Shown here one piece after another: positions 27,451-38,044 of a stretch of DNA of 47,695 bases. Every line of letters starts with the position of its first letter. The stretch's first letter is position 1. The notes under the pieces are model-generated. The model was not told the DNA's origin. It was given only the letters and a program-made list of their open reading frames with translations, and made no database searches. The DNA comes from Candidatus Aenigmatarchaeota archaeon (GTDB taxonomy: Archaea > Aenigmatarchaeota > Aenigmatarchaeia > CG10238-14 > SCSR01): contig JABABT010000006.1 of NCBI GenBank assembly GCA_014238095.1, forward strand, positions 1 through 47,695, given 5' to 3'. The translations under genes and the position numbers were made by a program.

Positions 27451-28761
27451 ATGCAAAGAACACATTTTACAAATAATTTAGATAATATGATTGGGAAAGA
27501 AGTAATAATTTCTGGTTGGGTACATGATGTAAGGTTTTTAGGTGGAATTAATTTTATGCTTTTACGTGATATTGGAGGAATGGTTCAAATAACAATTTTG
27601 AAAAAAAATACTGATAAAAAAATTATTGATATTGTAGCAAAAACACATCAAGAAGATACTGTTTCAGTAAAAGGAACTGTTGTTGAAAGTAAAATATCAA
27701 AATCTGGTTATGAAATAATTCCAAAAGAAATTGAAATTATTTCAAGAGCTTCAGTACCATTACCATTAGATCCTAGAGAAGTTACTCCAACTAATTTTGA
27801 TACAAGATTGGATAATAGAATTTTAGATTTAAGAAAACCAGAAAATTTAGCAATTTTTAAAATTGAATCAAATTTAATGTTTTTTATACATGAATGGTTA
27901 AGAAATAAAAATTTCATAAATGTAAATACACCATGTTTGATGGGTGGAGCTTCTGAAAGTGGGTCAGAAGTTTTCAAAGTAGAATATTTTGGAGATAAAA
28001 CTTTTTTGAGACAGGATCCACAATTACATAGACAATTAATGATGCAAACAGGATTTGATAAAATTTATGATTTGGGACCAAATTGGAGAGCTGAACCTTC
28101 ATTTACAACAAGACATTTAACAGAATTTAGAAGTGTTGCAGTTGAAATGTCATTTATCAAAGATGAATATGATGTTATGAAAGTTCAAGAAGAACTTTCT
28201 ATTTATATTATTAAAAAAACAGTAGAATATTGTGAAAAAGAACTTGAATTATTAAAAAAAGAAGTAAATATTCCTAAAAAAAGATTTCCTATTTTAAAAT
28301 TTCCAGATATATATAAAATTTTAGAAGAATTTGGTCAAAAAATTACTTTTGGTGAAGATTATGATAGAGAATCAGAAAAATTACTTTCTAATTATATTAA
28401 AGAAAAATATGGACATGAATTTTTCTTTGTTAATAAATTTCCTTATAAAATAAAACCATTTTATGTAATGAAAGATGATGATGTACAATGGGCTAGAAGT
28501 GTTGATATGGTATTTAAAGGATTAGAACAATCATCTGGTGGACAAAGAGAACATAGATATGATAAAATAATTGAACAAATAAAAGAGAAAAAAATGAATC
28601 CAAAACAACTTGAATGGTTTACAAACCCTTTCAAATTTGGATCAGTTCCTCATGGTGGATTTGCTATTGGTATAGAAAGATTTACACAAAAACTTCTTGA
28701 TTTAGATAATGTTAGAGAAACAACTTTATTTCCAAGAGATCCAAAAAGAATAATTCCTTAA
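27451..28761 (+). CDS. aspS: Aspartyl-tRNA synthetase (archaeal type)
   Basis: GWVH OB fold, RLDNRILDLR, RAE....RHLTEF, SGGQREH, PHGGFAIGIER, LFPRDP. Confidence 0.93.
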   Translation: MQRTHFTNNLDNMIGKEVIISGWVHDVRFLGGINFMLLRDIGGMVQITILKKNTDKKIIDIVAKTHQEDTVSVKGTVVESKISKSGYEIIPKEIEIISRASVPLPLDPREVTPTNFDTRLDNRILDLRKPENLAIFKIESNLMFFIHEWLRNKNFINVNTPCLMGGASESGSEVFKVEYFGDKTFLRQDPQLHRQLMMQTGFDKIYDLGPNWRAEPSFTTRHLTEFRSVAVEMSFIKDEYDVMKVQEELSIYIIKKTVEYCEKELELLKKEVNIPKKRFPILKFPDIYKILEEFGQKITFGEDYDRESEKLLSNYIKEKYGHEFFFVNKFPYKIKPFYVMKDDDVQWARSVDMVFKGLEQSSGGQREHRYDKIIEQIKEKKMNPKQLEWFTNPFKFGSVPHGGFAIGIERFTQKLLDLDNVRETTLFPRDPKRIIP

Positions 28762-28985
28762 ATTTTCATTTTACATGCCATTATATGAGAGCATTCTTTA
28801 TTTTTTAATGAAGAAAATTTACAATCACAATCCCATAAATTTTTTATTTTATTAAATATTATTGTATGATTTTCTGTATAACCCTTCACTATAAAATGTC
28901 TTCTTTTATCTGTTTTTAATTCTTCTATTATTTTATTATCTTTAAATAATTTTATTGCTTTTGTTTTTCTATCTATTTTACTCAT
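28758..28985 (-). CDS. SWIM zinc-finger protein
   Basis: WDCDC...CSHIMA; TAATG overlap with the upstream pilin-like gene. Confidence 0.7.
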   Translation of the reverse strand: MSKIDRKTKAIKLFKDNKIIEELKTDKRRHFIVKGYTENHTIIFNKIKNLWDCDCKFSSLKNKECSHIMACKMKI

Positions 28986-29476
28986 TAACATCCCACAATT
29001 TCTAAAATAACATGACTATTATTTTTCTCTGAATTTTTAATACATATATTATTAAAACCTTTATTGAATTTATCATTTCCGGTTATTATTATTTTATCAT
29101 ATTTCAATATCATTTCTAATTTTATTTTTCCATTAAAATTATTTATAATTATTTCTAAATTTCCATTTTTTGTATAATTTATTATTGGATATTTTTCTAA
29201 TTCATATTCAAAATTAATACTATTCAAATTTTCATTTATTATATAATATCCATCATTGGATTTTAATTTTAAAATTTTTAAACTACCAACACCTTCTACT
29301 GATACTTGTTTAATTAAATTATCAAAAAAAAACATATTATTTTTAGCTTCATTTATTATTGTAATTTCCATAGCTTCTTTTAATATTGGTAAACCAAATG
29401 CTAATATAATTCCTAAAATTGTAATAATAAAAACAATTATTATAACAAAACTTATTAAATTTGAAATACCTTTCAT
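28985..29476 (-). CDS. Type IV pilin-like protein
   Basis: MKG/ISNLISFVIIIV class III signal followed by a hydrophobic helix. Confidence 0.8.
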   Translation of the reverse strand: MKGISNLISFVIIIVFIITILGIILAFGLPILKEAMEITIINEAKNNMFFFDNLIKQVSVEGVGSLKILKLKSNDGYYIINENLNSINFEYELEKYPIINYTKNGNLEIIINNFNGKIKLEMILKYDKIIITGNDKFNKGFNNICIKNSEKNNSHVILEIVGC

Positions 29477-29536
29477 ATTTTAATTATATTATATTAAGTT
29501 AAATATATTTTTAAATATAGATTACTATTCTATACT

Positions 29537-30475
29537 ATGAAAATAGAAAAGGTAATAGAAGAATTAAAAAAAATAAAAGCAAAACGTGTTTTTATTCAAT
29601 ATCCTGAAGGTATTAAAAGAAATATTTTAAAATATGCTAAAATCTTACAAGAAAATTCTATAGAACCAGTTATGTGTTTAGAATCAACTTATGGTGCTTG
29701 TGATGTTAGAGAATATGAAGCTAAACTTTTAAAATGTGATGCTTTATTACATGTAGGTCATGAAGATTTTGGTGTTAAAACTGAAATACCTATATTTTAT
29801 GTAGATTGGTTTATTGAAGCAAATCCTTTAATTTGTTTGGAAAAAAATTTTGATAAAATTAAAAAATATCAAAATATAGGATTAGTTACAAGTGTTCAAT
29901 TTATTCATATGATGAAGCCTGTAAGAGAATGGTTAGAAAATCATAATAAGAAAACATTTAGTTATACTCATCAACAATATGAAGGACAAATGCTTGGTTG
30001 TAGAGTTCAAGCTGGTAAAAAAATTGAAGATAATGTTGATTGTTTTCTTTGTATTGGTGCAGGTAAATTTTATGGATTAGGTCTTGCTTTAGAAACAAAT
30101 AAACCTATGTTAAATCTTGACATTGAAATGAATAAAATTCATGATATGAAAGATATTGTTAATAAAATAAATAAAATAACTGCTTGGAATCTTGAAGTTG
30201 TTAAAGATTCTAAAACAATTGGTTTTTTGATAACTTGGAAAAAAGGACAAATGTTTGGATCTCCTTTTATTATAAAAAAGAAACTTGAAGATATGGGTAA
30301 AAATGTTTATGTTTTTGCTATGGATGAAATGACTATTCAAAAATTAGATTTTTTAAAAGTTGATGCACTTGTTTCTTTTGGTTGTCCTAGAATTTCTACA
30401 GATGATTTAGAAAAATATAAAATACCTATAATTAATTTTACAGAATTAATTAAAAACAATATATTTAAAAAATAA
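29537..30475 (+). CDS. dph2: Diphthamide biosynthesis enzyme Dph2
   Basis: QYPEG, YGACD, HVGH, GQMLGC, KKGQ, GCPRI with the three Fe-S cysteines. Confidence 0.92.
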   Translation: MKIEKVIEELKKIKAKRVFIQYPEGIKRNILKYAKILQENSIEPVMCLESTYGACDVREYEAKLLKCDALLHVGHEDFGVKTEIPIFYVDWFIEANPLICLEKNFDKIKKYQNIGLVTSVQFIHMMKPVREWLENHNKKTFSYTHQQYEGQMLGCRVQAGKKIEDNVDCFLCIGAGKFYGLGLALETNKPMLNLDIEMNKIHDMKDIVNKINKITAWNLEVVKDSKTIGFLITWKKGQMFGSPFIIKKKLEDMGKNVYVFAMDEMTIQKLDFLKVDALVSFGCPRISTDDLEKYKIPIINFTELIKNNIFKK

Positions 30476-30532
30476 AACCTAAAAATAAATAAATTTATAA
30501 ACCTTCTATAACTATTAAATTAGTTGAATATA

Positions 30533-30808
30533 ATGGAATTAAAGAAAATTAAAGAAGATAAAAATACATTATTATTAGAAATTGGTAAAGAAACAATGAC
30601 TATTACAAATGCTTTAAGAGAAGAACTTTGGAATGATTCTAATGTTATTGAAGCAGCTCAAATTAGAGAACATCCTTATCTTTCAGAACCTAAAATTTTT
30701 GTAAAAATGACAAAAGATTCTTCAAAATTAGCAATTGAAAAAGCAGCAAAAAGAATTTCAAAAAAATCCAAAGAATTTGAAGATGAATTTAATAAAAGTA
30801 TAAAATAA
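30533..30808 (+). CDS. rpoL: RNA polymerase subunit L (Rpo11)
   Basis: T..NALREEL, A....HP....P pattern, about 91 aa. Start taken at ATG 30533. Confidence 0.85.
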   Translation: MELKKIKEDKNTLLLEIGKETMTITNALREELWNDSNVIEAAQIREHPYLSEPKIFVKMTKDSSKLAIEKAAKRISKKSKEFEDEFNKSIK

Positions 30809-31312
30809 TTAACATAAAGTTATATTAATAAAAGATGTTGTTGAATTTTCATTAACTTTTATAAAACATATAGTATTTAATCCTCTATATATCTCTAAAT
30901 TGTTTTTACCATATATTTTTATATCATCATATTGAATTTTTATTTGAAAATATTTTTCTGATTCTGTACCAATAATATTTTCCTCTAATACACCTTTTTT
31001 AATAGATGAATTTATAGGAAATATATCTGATTCAATTTTAAATTTATATTCAAATGTATTATTAGATTCATATATTCTATAATTTCCACCACTTATTTTT
31101 ATTTTGGTTTTTTTAATACTTCCAGGAGCTTCACTAGCAATTTCACGTATATTATTATTCAAATTAATCATATTATTTTCTCCTTCTTTAATTATTTGAG
31201 ACTCTTGGAAATTTTTTATATTAGGATATCCTAATAGGGTAACTAATCCTATACCAGATAAACTAATCAAAATTATTATTGTAAATGATATCAAATTTGA
31301 AAGTCCTTTCAT
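30809..31312 (-). CDS. Type IV pilin-like protein (paralog of 28985-29476)
   Basis: MKG/LSNLISFTIIIL; shares NM......I...A...GS and G.N.IC patterns with the paralog. Confidence 0.8.
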   Translation of the reverse strand: MKGLSNLISFTIIILISLSGIGLVTLLGYPNIKNFQESQIIKEGENNMINLNNNIREIASEAPGSIKKTKIKISGGNYRIYESNNTFEYKFKIESDIFPINSSIKKGVLEENIIGTESEKYFQIKIQYDDIKIYGKNNLEIYRGLNTICFIKVNENSTTSFINITLC

Positions 31313-31340
31313 AATAATAATTGTTTTATTATTATATAAT

Positions 31341-32015
31341 TTAATTTATTTGAATTATTTCAGAAAATTTATCTCTTATTTCTGTATTATCTGTTATTAT
31401 TCTTAAATCAAAATAAGATAAAAATTTACTATCTTTATTTACTTTAATTGGAATTGTTATATTTTCTATTACATTTCCATTTGGAGTTTCATAATAAATC
31501 CATAAAGTTATATTTTTATTTGAATCAATATTTATTGTAAAATTATCTTTTCTAATTTCATTTGTTATATTATTAAAAATTATTGGTGAATTATAATTTG
31601 TACTTAAATTAAGAATAGCTTTTGGTATTTCTTCATCAAAATAATTGTAAAAAGTAGTTTTTACTAATGTATTTTTAGATATTTCTAATTCTTCATATAA
31701 TAATGTAACAATAATACCATCAACTTTAGTTGCTCTTCCACCTAAACGTTTTTCAATAAATGATATAAAAGAATTAGTTTCATCTGCTATTTTTGATGTA
31801 TTATTTATTGAATTATATGAAGATTTTAAAGCTTCTTGTCTTATATTATTAAAATTAAAAAATTCAGATTCAGATTCAATATATATTTGATTTTCTAAAA
31901 TATTAGTTGAATCAATTGTAGTTCTAATTAATATCATAGAAATTACAATTATAAAAGCACCAATAAGGAATATCTGTCCTTTTCTTCTTGAATTAAATTT
32001 TAATATTTTAATCAT
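31341..32015 (-). CDS. Minor pilin-like protein
   Basis: RRKG/QIFLIGAFIIV class III signal. Confidence 0.75.
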   Translation of the reverse strand: MIKILKFNSRRKGQIFLIGAFIIVISMILIRTTIDSTNILENQIYIESESEFFNFNNIRQEALKSSYNSINNTSKIADETNSFISFIEKRLGGRATKVDGIIVTLLYEELEISKNTLVKTTFYNYFDEEIPKAILNLSTNYNSPIIFNNITNEIRKDNFTINIDSNKNITLWIYYETPNGNVIENITIPIKVNKDSKFLSYFDLRIITDNTEIRDKFSEIIQIN

Positions 32016-32391
32016 TTAATAACACAAATAAAATTATTTCACGATTATTTATATTATTGGGGCTACCTGAAATAAAATAATGAATAGATTTTGTTTCTTT
32101 AGCATTTAATGTGGGAACATTACAATTAATATCACATATTTGAATAAAAATATCAACTATTGGTGGAAAATTAGGTAATATTAAATTTCTAATACTTTCT
32201 GTATCATTTTTTAATGTATAATAATGTAATTGATTTCCATAATCAAGAGTTTTTAAACTTTCTATTCCAATTTTTTCATAATTTCCATCAAATTCTACAA
32301 TTATATTTTGATTAGTATAAAAGAATATGAAAGCAAACATTATTATTATTATACTAATAATAACTTCAAATGTTCTAAATAAACCTTTCAT
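32008..32391 (-). CDS. Minor pilin-like protein
   Basis: MKG/LFRTFEVIISIIII; L..LD....L motif. Confidence 0.75.
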   Translation of the reverse strand: MKGLFRTFEVIISIIIIMFAFIFFYTNQNIIVEFDGNYEKIGIESLKTLDYGNQLHYYTLKNDTESIRNLILPNFPPIVDIFIQICDINCNVPTLNAKETKSIHYFISGSPNNINNREIILFVLLND

Positions 32392-33068
32392 AATTTATCA
32401 ATCTCCACATTAAAATTAATATTACCTAATGATTCAATAATTTTATTTGATTCTATTTTTTTTAAGGATTTTATTTTTGATTGTGATATCATTGTCAATT
32501 TTTCTGTTGGATATTTTGTTATTATATAATTTGAATTATTTGATTGAATTATTTCATAATTAGGTTCATTAATTCCTAATTCAGATGAAAAATAAACAAA
32601 AAATGTTTCTGAATTTTTAATTATCATTGATATATTTGTTTCTTTAATAAAAGATGTTCCTAAACAGTTTTTAGTATTTGAAAGTGTATAATTAAATTCA
32701 TTATTAATTTCATTATATATTCTTATTGTATTTTTTTGTATTTGTTTATTACATTCATTATCCAGTTCTAAATTGAAAGTTATTACTGTATTAGAATTTT
32801 CATTTAATTTTATTATGAAAGGTTTCCTATACAAATTATTTAATAAACCTAAACGTTCTGGTGTAATATTATTGAATGTTTCCCAATTATTTGGAATACC
32901 CATACTTCCAAATAATATATTATGTAAATTTATAGAATTTATTCTTAATTCATTATTTTCTAATAATTCATTTGAGTTATTAAAAAAATCAATTATTGAA
33001 AAAACAATTATAGATAAAAAAACAAAAAAAATCCCAATAGCAATTGATATATCAATTAAAAATGACAT
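32388..33068 (-). CDS. Minor pilin-like or pilus accessory protein
   Basis: N-terminal D..IA..IF helix, G.P.NW....P..LGL motif; translationally coupled on both sides. Confidence 0.65.
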   Translation of the reverse strand: MSFLIDISIAIGIFFVFLSIIVFSIIDFFNNSNELLENNELRINSINLHNILFGSMGIPNNWETFNNITPERLGLLNNLYRKPFIIKLNENSNTVITFNLELDNECNKQIQKNTIRIYNEINNEFNYTLSNTKNCLGTSFIKETNISMIIKNSETFFVYFSSELGINEPNYEIIQSNNSNYIITKYPTEKLTMISQSKIKSLKKIESNKIIESLGNINFNVEIDKL

Positions 33069-33574
33069 TAAAAAATAACTCCCATTTCATTTAATATTTT
33101 TGATTCTTCTAGAATAATTGTATTATTATTTTCATTATATCTAATATATTTTAGTTTTGTATTATGAGGATTAAATGTGTCTCCTTGTATATTTATATCT
33201 ATATTTGGAATATAATATTCAATTGAAATAATTGGATCTTCAACAGTTTCAATAATTATCATGGTTTGTAGATTATTTTTTGATAAACTAATTTTATAAT
33301 TTCTATTACCTATTTTTTCTGGTAAATTAAGTTTGATTTATGATAATTTTATTGAATTATTAGAAAATTTTGAATATTTAGAAAATTCAGCAGAATTATA
33401 TATTAATGTTATTTTTGAAGATATTATATTTGATAATTGTACAAAATCTTTTTTTATCTGATTTTCAGTTATATTTTTTTGTATATTAAAAAATATTAAA
33501 GTTATAGATGATATAACTATAATTGAAACTATTATTGCGGTTATGTAACTGAAAAATAAACTTATTCCTTTCAT
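33068..33574 (-). pseudogene. Pilin-like gene interrupted by one in-frame TAA (33338-33340)
   Basis: The 78-aa and 64-aa track ORFs share a frame and are joined by 25 sense codons: SIKLS*IKLNLPEKIGNRNYKISLSKNNLQTMIII. Confidence 0.75.
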
Positions 33575-33633
33575 ATTTACTAAAACTATTTAATTTAGAT
33601 AATATTTATTTACCAATAAAATTAATATTTATT

Positions 33634-34068
33634 ATGAAATTTAAAGGAATGTCACCTCTGATTGCAGCTATTATGTTGATAGCAATTACTATGAGTATAT
33701 CAATATTTATTTCTTATTGGGCAACAAATTTAACAGAAGAAACAACATCAGAATTAGATAATTTTAGAGAAGATTTAATATCTTCAGAATGTAATTTCGT
33801 TAATTTTAATATAAATTCTTGTTTTTATAGCAATGCTGAAGAGGAAATGAAATTTATAATAGATAATATTGGATCAAATAATATAAAAAATATAACAGTA
33901 TTTATTATTTATCCTGATAGTAGTATTGATATTAAAGTCCCAAATAATAATGATGTTGTTTCTGGTAATTTGAAATCTTTCACAATAGATAATGTAAATT
34001 CTGGATTTACTAATTTAAGAATAAGAACCCATTGTCCAAGAATTTTTGAAGAAACAACTTGTAGATGA
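33634..34068 (+). CDS. Archaeal type IV pilin
   Basis: KG/MSPLIAAIMLIAIT is a canonical pilin/archaellin N-terminus. Confidence 0.88.
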   Translation: MKFKGMSPLIAAIMLIAITMSISIFISYWATNLTEETTSELDNFREDLISSECNFVNFNINSCFYSNAEEEMKFIIDNIGSNNIKNITVFIIYPDSSIDIKVPNNNDVVSGNLKSFTIDNVNSGFTNLRIRTHCPRIFEETTCR

Positions 34069-34072
34069 TAAT

Positions 34073-34531
34073 ATGAATAAAGGTATATCACCTTTAATAG
34101 CAACTATTATTCTTGTTTCTATTGTATTTTCTATTATAGGAATTTCTTTACCATTAATAAATGATTTTATAATAGAAGAAACTACTTCTTTAAATAATTT
34201 TTCTGATAATTCTATAAAATGTTCTTTTGGAAGTATACAAATTAAAAATTTTTCATTTGAAAATTCAAAATTTATAGGTATAATTGAAAATAAAGGAAAT
34301 GTTATTTTAGAAAATATAATATTTAATGTTGTATATGAAGACAAAACAGTTGAAAATATTCATATTTGTTTAAATAATTCTACATTAATTAAATGTTCAG
34401 ATTCAAATTTAAAACTAAATGTATCAGATAAAATTTTATTTAATATTTTATCTAATAAAGATCAATATAATTATATTAAAATTTCTACAAATTGTCCAAA
34501 TGTAAATTATATAATTGAAAATAATTTATAA
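34073..34531 (+). CDS. Archaeal type IV pilin
   Basis: MNKG/ISPLIATIILV; start moved to ATG 34073. Confidence 0.85.
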   Translation: MNKGISPLIATIILVSIVFSIIGISLPLINDFIIEETTSLNNFSDNSIKCSFGSIQIKNFSFENSKFIGIIENKGNVILENIIFNVVYEDKTVENIHICLNNSTLIKCSDSNLKLNVSDKILFNILSNKDQYNYIKISTNCPNVNYIIENNL

Positions 34532-34532
34532 A

Positions 34533-35360
34533 TCATCCAAATATAAGAAATACAATTATACTAATTATTATCATTATTAAACTATGTTTTACTCCAGCTA
34601 TTAATTTCCCTTCAGATATTTTACCTATAACTAATCCAGCAAATAATCCTTGTATTAAAATAAGACCTCTAAAAATATTTTCAAATTCTTCTACTGTTTT
34701 TTCTGTATTTATTTGAATAGTTGAAAATAAATTATCAAAAGATAAATTACTTGTTATATTTGGAATTAAAAAATTTTCAAGACTTAAAATAATACCTAAA
34801 AAGACAAAAAATATTATATAACTTGTAATAATTTGAGAACTTAAAAATAATTTTCTTTCTTCTTTTAATTTATGAATTTCAGTAATAGTATTATTTAATG
34901 CTTCAAATGTTTCTATAATTTTACCTCCATATTTATGACTTTCAATAACTGAAGAAATAATCCTTCCAATAAGTTTTGAATTTGTTGATTTTGAAAAAGT
35001 CATTAAAGCTTTTTCAACTGATATTCCCCATTTTAATTGAGCAGATATTTTTTTTATTGAATATGTTAATACACCATAATCATTTTTTGATAATAATTCA
35101 AATGCTACTGGAATTGTTAATCCTCCACGAACTGTTTCAATAAAATCACGAAGAAAAACTGCAAAAATATCTTCAATTTTTCCAATTTTTCTATTTTCAT
35201 TATATTTTTTTAAAAAATAAGGGAGTATAATTATTAAAATAGTAATTACAATAATAATTATTCTTTGATTTTCTTGAAGGAATAATAATCCTAATACAAG
35301 AACTATAATAGATATTATAATATTTGGTAATAATTTAAAAATATTTTTTTGTATTTTCAT
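34533..35360 (-). CDS. T2SSF-family (TadB/TadC/ArlJ-like) pilus platform protein
   Basis: FLRD...VRGGLT, YG.L, WG, GG.I, QGLFAGL..G...EG....G.KH. Confidence 0.88.
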   Translation of the reverse strand: MKIQKNIFKLLPNIIISIIVLVLGLLFLQENQRIIIIVITILIIILPYFLKKYNENRKIGKIEDIFAVFLRDFIETVRGGLTIPVAFELLSKNDYGVLTYSIKKISAQLKWGISVEKALMTFSKSTNSKLIGRIISSVIESHKYGGKIIETFEALNNTITEIHKLKEERKLFLSSQIITSYIIFFVFLGIILSLENFLIPNITSNLSFDNLFSTIQINTEKTVEEFENIFRGLILIQGLFAGLVIGKISEGKLIAGVKHSLIMIIISIIVFLIFG

Positions 35361-36235
35361 ATATCTAAATTCACCTCTCTAATGAAAAATAAAAAAATTA
35401 AATTAATTAATGGAATAATTCCATATATACTTATTTTTGTAATTGTTATTATATCAAAACCTGCAATATTTGGTTGAATAAAACTCATTATGGCTAATAA
35501 AGATATTAAAAATAATGGTGCAGCTATGAAAATTCCTATATATAATTCTGTATAAGTACTTAATTGTTGTAAAAATTTTTCTCTTTTAATTTTCCAATCA
35601 AATAGTGATTTTTCTGCAGATTTTTTGAAAAATAAATTTAAATTACCACCAGATTCTATTGTTGTTATAAAACCTATTAAAATTTGTTTAAAATCTTTTG
35701 ATGGTATTTTTTTTAAAACTTCTCTAACTGCTGTAAGTTCATCAAGTCCAAAAAATTCAATATTTCTTATAATTTCTCTCATTTTTTTTGAAATTTCTCC
35801 AAAATCATCAAATTTACCAATTAATTTAAAAATTAAATGAGGAGGAATTCCAGATTCTGATATAGCATTCATATAATTTAATGCAAAAGGAAGATTTAAT
35901 TCAATATTTTTCCTTATTTTATTTACTTTTTGTGTAGGATAATATATTAATGAAATAAATGTTGAAGATGAAATTAAAATTGAAATTAAAATAATCATAA
36001 TTGGTAATGGTATTAAAATATTAATATTACTTATAAAGAAAATAATTGATGTTATAATTATTGAAATTATAAATGATATTAAAGATAATAAAAATACACA
36101 ATTAATATAAGATTTAAAATTAATTTTCATATTTGACATTAACAAATCTTTTTTTATAAAATTAAAATTTGAAGAATATTTATAAATTAATTTATCAAAA
36201 ATTAATGTTGCAAAACTCATAATATAATGTTTCAC
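35357..36235 (-). CDS. T2SSF-family (TadB/TadC/ArlJ-like) pilus platform protein
   Basis: LPFALNYM...SESG, GEIS, FGLD..TA, PS, SGGNL. Confidence 0.88.
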   Translation of the reverse strand: MKHYIMSFATLIFDKLIYKYSSNFNFIKKDLLMSNMKINFKSYINCVFLLSLISFIISIIITSIIFFISNINILIPLPIMIILISILISSSTFISLIYYPTQKVNKIRKNIELNLPFALNYMNAISESGIPPHLIFKLIGKFDDFGEISKKMREIIRNIEFFGLDELTAVREVLKKIPSKDFKQILIGFITTIESGGNLNLFFKKSAEKSLFDWKIKREKFLQQLSTYTELYIGIFIAAPLFLISLLAIMSFIQPNIAGFDIITITKISIYGIIPLINLIFLFFIREVNLDI

Positions 36236-36237
36236 AA

Positions 36238-38022
36238 TTATTTCTCCTTGTTTTTCCCTATATTTTCCATTAATTCTACTATAGATTTTTTTCTATAATT
36301 TATTTTATTAGAATATTCTGATTTAATAATATTATTTTCAATATATTTTTTTTCTTTTTTAAAATCTTTTTTTATTTTTTCCATTAATTGATTTTTTTCT
36401 TTTCTATACATATACAAATATTTTGAAACTTCAATATAATCTCTTATGTTATTTATTTTTAACCATTCAATAACCTTTTTTCTATCTTCTAAATCTTTAT
36501 TAATTTCTTTTATGTTAGAACCTATTAATTCAGATATTTTTTTTAGTTTTATACTATCATTAATTTTAACATAAGAATCAATTGCAGAATTCCATTTAAA
36601 AACTGTATTTGTTTTTATTTCTTCTGTTTTTGAATCAATTGAAATTATTTCTGAAATTTCTTTTATTCTTCTAGCTGATTTTCCATGTTCTCTTGCATGA
36701 ATCATTATTGTAATTATATCTAAACTTTCAATAAGTGATGCAGATAAATTTATTGGAGGTGTTGTTAATCTTTTTATTACACCTTCAACACTTCCTGCAT
36801 GGAATGTTGATAAACTTGGATGTCCAGATGACATTCCTTGAAACATTACATATGTTTCATCACCTCTTACTTCTCCAACTATTACATAATTTGGATTTTG
36901 TCTAAAACTTTCTTTTAATAAATCAAAAAGTGTTATTTCTCCATATTTTTTCCCATTAGCAAGTACAGAACCAAAACCATTTCTTGTTAAACCTGCAATC
37001 CAATGTTGATGAGGTATTCTAATTTCTCTTGTATCTTCTATACTAACAATTTTTGATTCTGATGGAATAAAAATAGAAACAGTATTCAACATAGAAGTTT
37101 TACCAGTTGATACACCTCCTACAAAAAGAATACTTAATTCATGTTCTATAATATACCAATAATAAGATAATATTTCAGAATTAATTGTTCCCAATTCAAT
37201 TTGATCTATTGGGGAAAGTGGTTTTTCGCTAAATTTTCTAATCGTAAATGTTGGTCCACGTGTAGCAACATCTGATGCTATTGTAGCAGATACTCTTGAA
37301 CCATCATTTAATGTTCCATCTAAAATAGGTTCTGCATAACTTACATATCTTCCAGTTTTTTCTGAAAGTTTTGTAATAAATTCTATTAAATGATCTTTAT
37401 TATTAAATGATATATTTGTTTTAATTGAACCAAATTTTTTATGAATTATATATATTGGACTATTTATTCCATCACAACTAATATCTTCTATATTAGAATC
37501 TTGCATTAATGGTTCTATTTCATTTAATCCAACAAAATTTCTATAAATATAATATAAAATTTTTTTATATTGATTATCATTAATTTTTATTCCAAATTCT
37601 TTAATTATGTTTGTTATTTCATTCTCAAGATATATTATTATATTATCTAAATTCTTAATTTTATCAATTCCAATATCAATGTTTTCAATTAAAGTTTCAG
37701 AAATTTTTGTTAATGATTCTTTTTCTTTTATTGTAAGTAAAGGTTCCATTAAATTATATTCAACTTCTTTATTTTCTGAATTCCATTTTAAATTTACATA
37801 ACAAAATGGTTCTATTAATGGATATTTTATATTTAATGATTTTATATTTTTAATTTTATCAAAATTTATTATATGTTTATGTTTTTCTATCTTAAATTTA
37901 GGCATTTTACATATTTTTATTTTATCTTCTTTTTTAAAAATATTATTTATTTTATCAAAAAAACTTCTTTTATTTTTTTTTATTTTATTTGATGAATTAT
38001 TAATATTTGTTCCATAAAACAT
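36238..38022 (-). CDS. Type IV pilus assembly ATPase (ArlI/TadA/VirB11 family)
   Basis: IEDISCDG, FTIRKF, GGVSTGKT, SIEDTRE, RQNP.Y..VGEVRG, SGH...TFHA. Confidence 0.95.
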   Translation of the reverse strand: MFYGTNINNSSNKIKKNKRSFFDKINNIFKKEDKIKICKMPKFKIEKHKHIINFDKIKNIKSLNIKYPLIEPFCYVNLKWNSENKEVEYNLMEPLLTIKEKESLTKISETLIENIDIGIDKIKNLDNIIIYLENEITNIIKEFGIKINDNQYKKILYYIYRNFVGLNEIEPLMQDSNIEDISCDGINSPIYIIHKKFGSIKTNISFNNKDHLIEFITKLSEKTGRYVSYAEPILDGTLNDGSRVSATIASDVATRGPTFTIRKFSEKPLSPIDQIELGTINSEILSYYWYIIEHELSILFVGGVSTGKTSMLNTVSIFIPSESKIVSIEDTREIRIPHQHWIAGLTRNGFGSVLANGKKYGEITLFDLLKESFRQNPNYVIVGEVRGDETYVMFQGMSSGHPSLSTFHAGSVEGVIKRLTTPPINLSASLIESLDIITIMIHAREHGKSARRIKEISEIISIDSKTEEIKTNTVFKWNSAIDSYVKINDSIKLKKISELIGSNIKEINKDLEDRKKVIEWLKINNIRDYIEVSKYLYMYRKEKNQLMEKIKKDFKKEKKYIENNIIKSEYSNKINYRKKSIVELMENIGKNKEK

Positions 38023-38044
38023 ATTAATTTATTCCTAACAATAA

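Noticed and set aside
33338-33340. Genome-wide stop codon reassignment
   Set aside because: TAA is the dominant terminator of conserved genes here, and TGA and TAG also end genes at expected positions.
26934-37801. Track ORFs at 26934, 27708, 29256, 30110, 32773, 33909, 34015, 35625 and 37607
   Set aside because: All are antisense to well-supported genes and lack motifs.
33634-38022. Archaellum operon
   Set aside because: No ArlH, ArlF or ArlG is visible and the platform is split into two genes, which fits a pilus.
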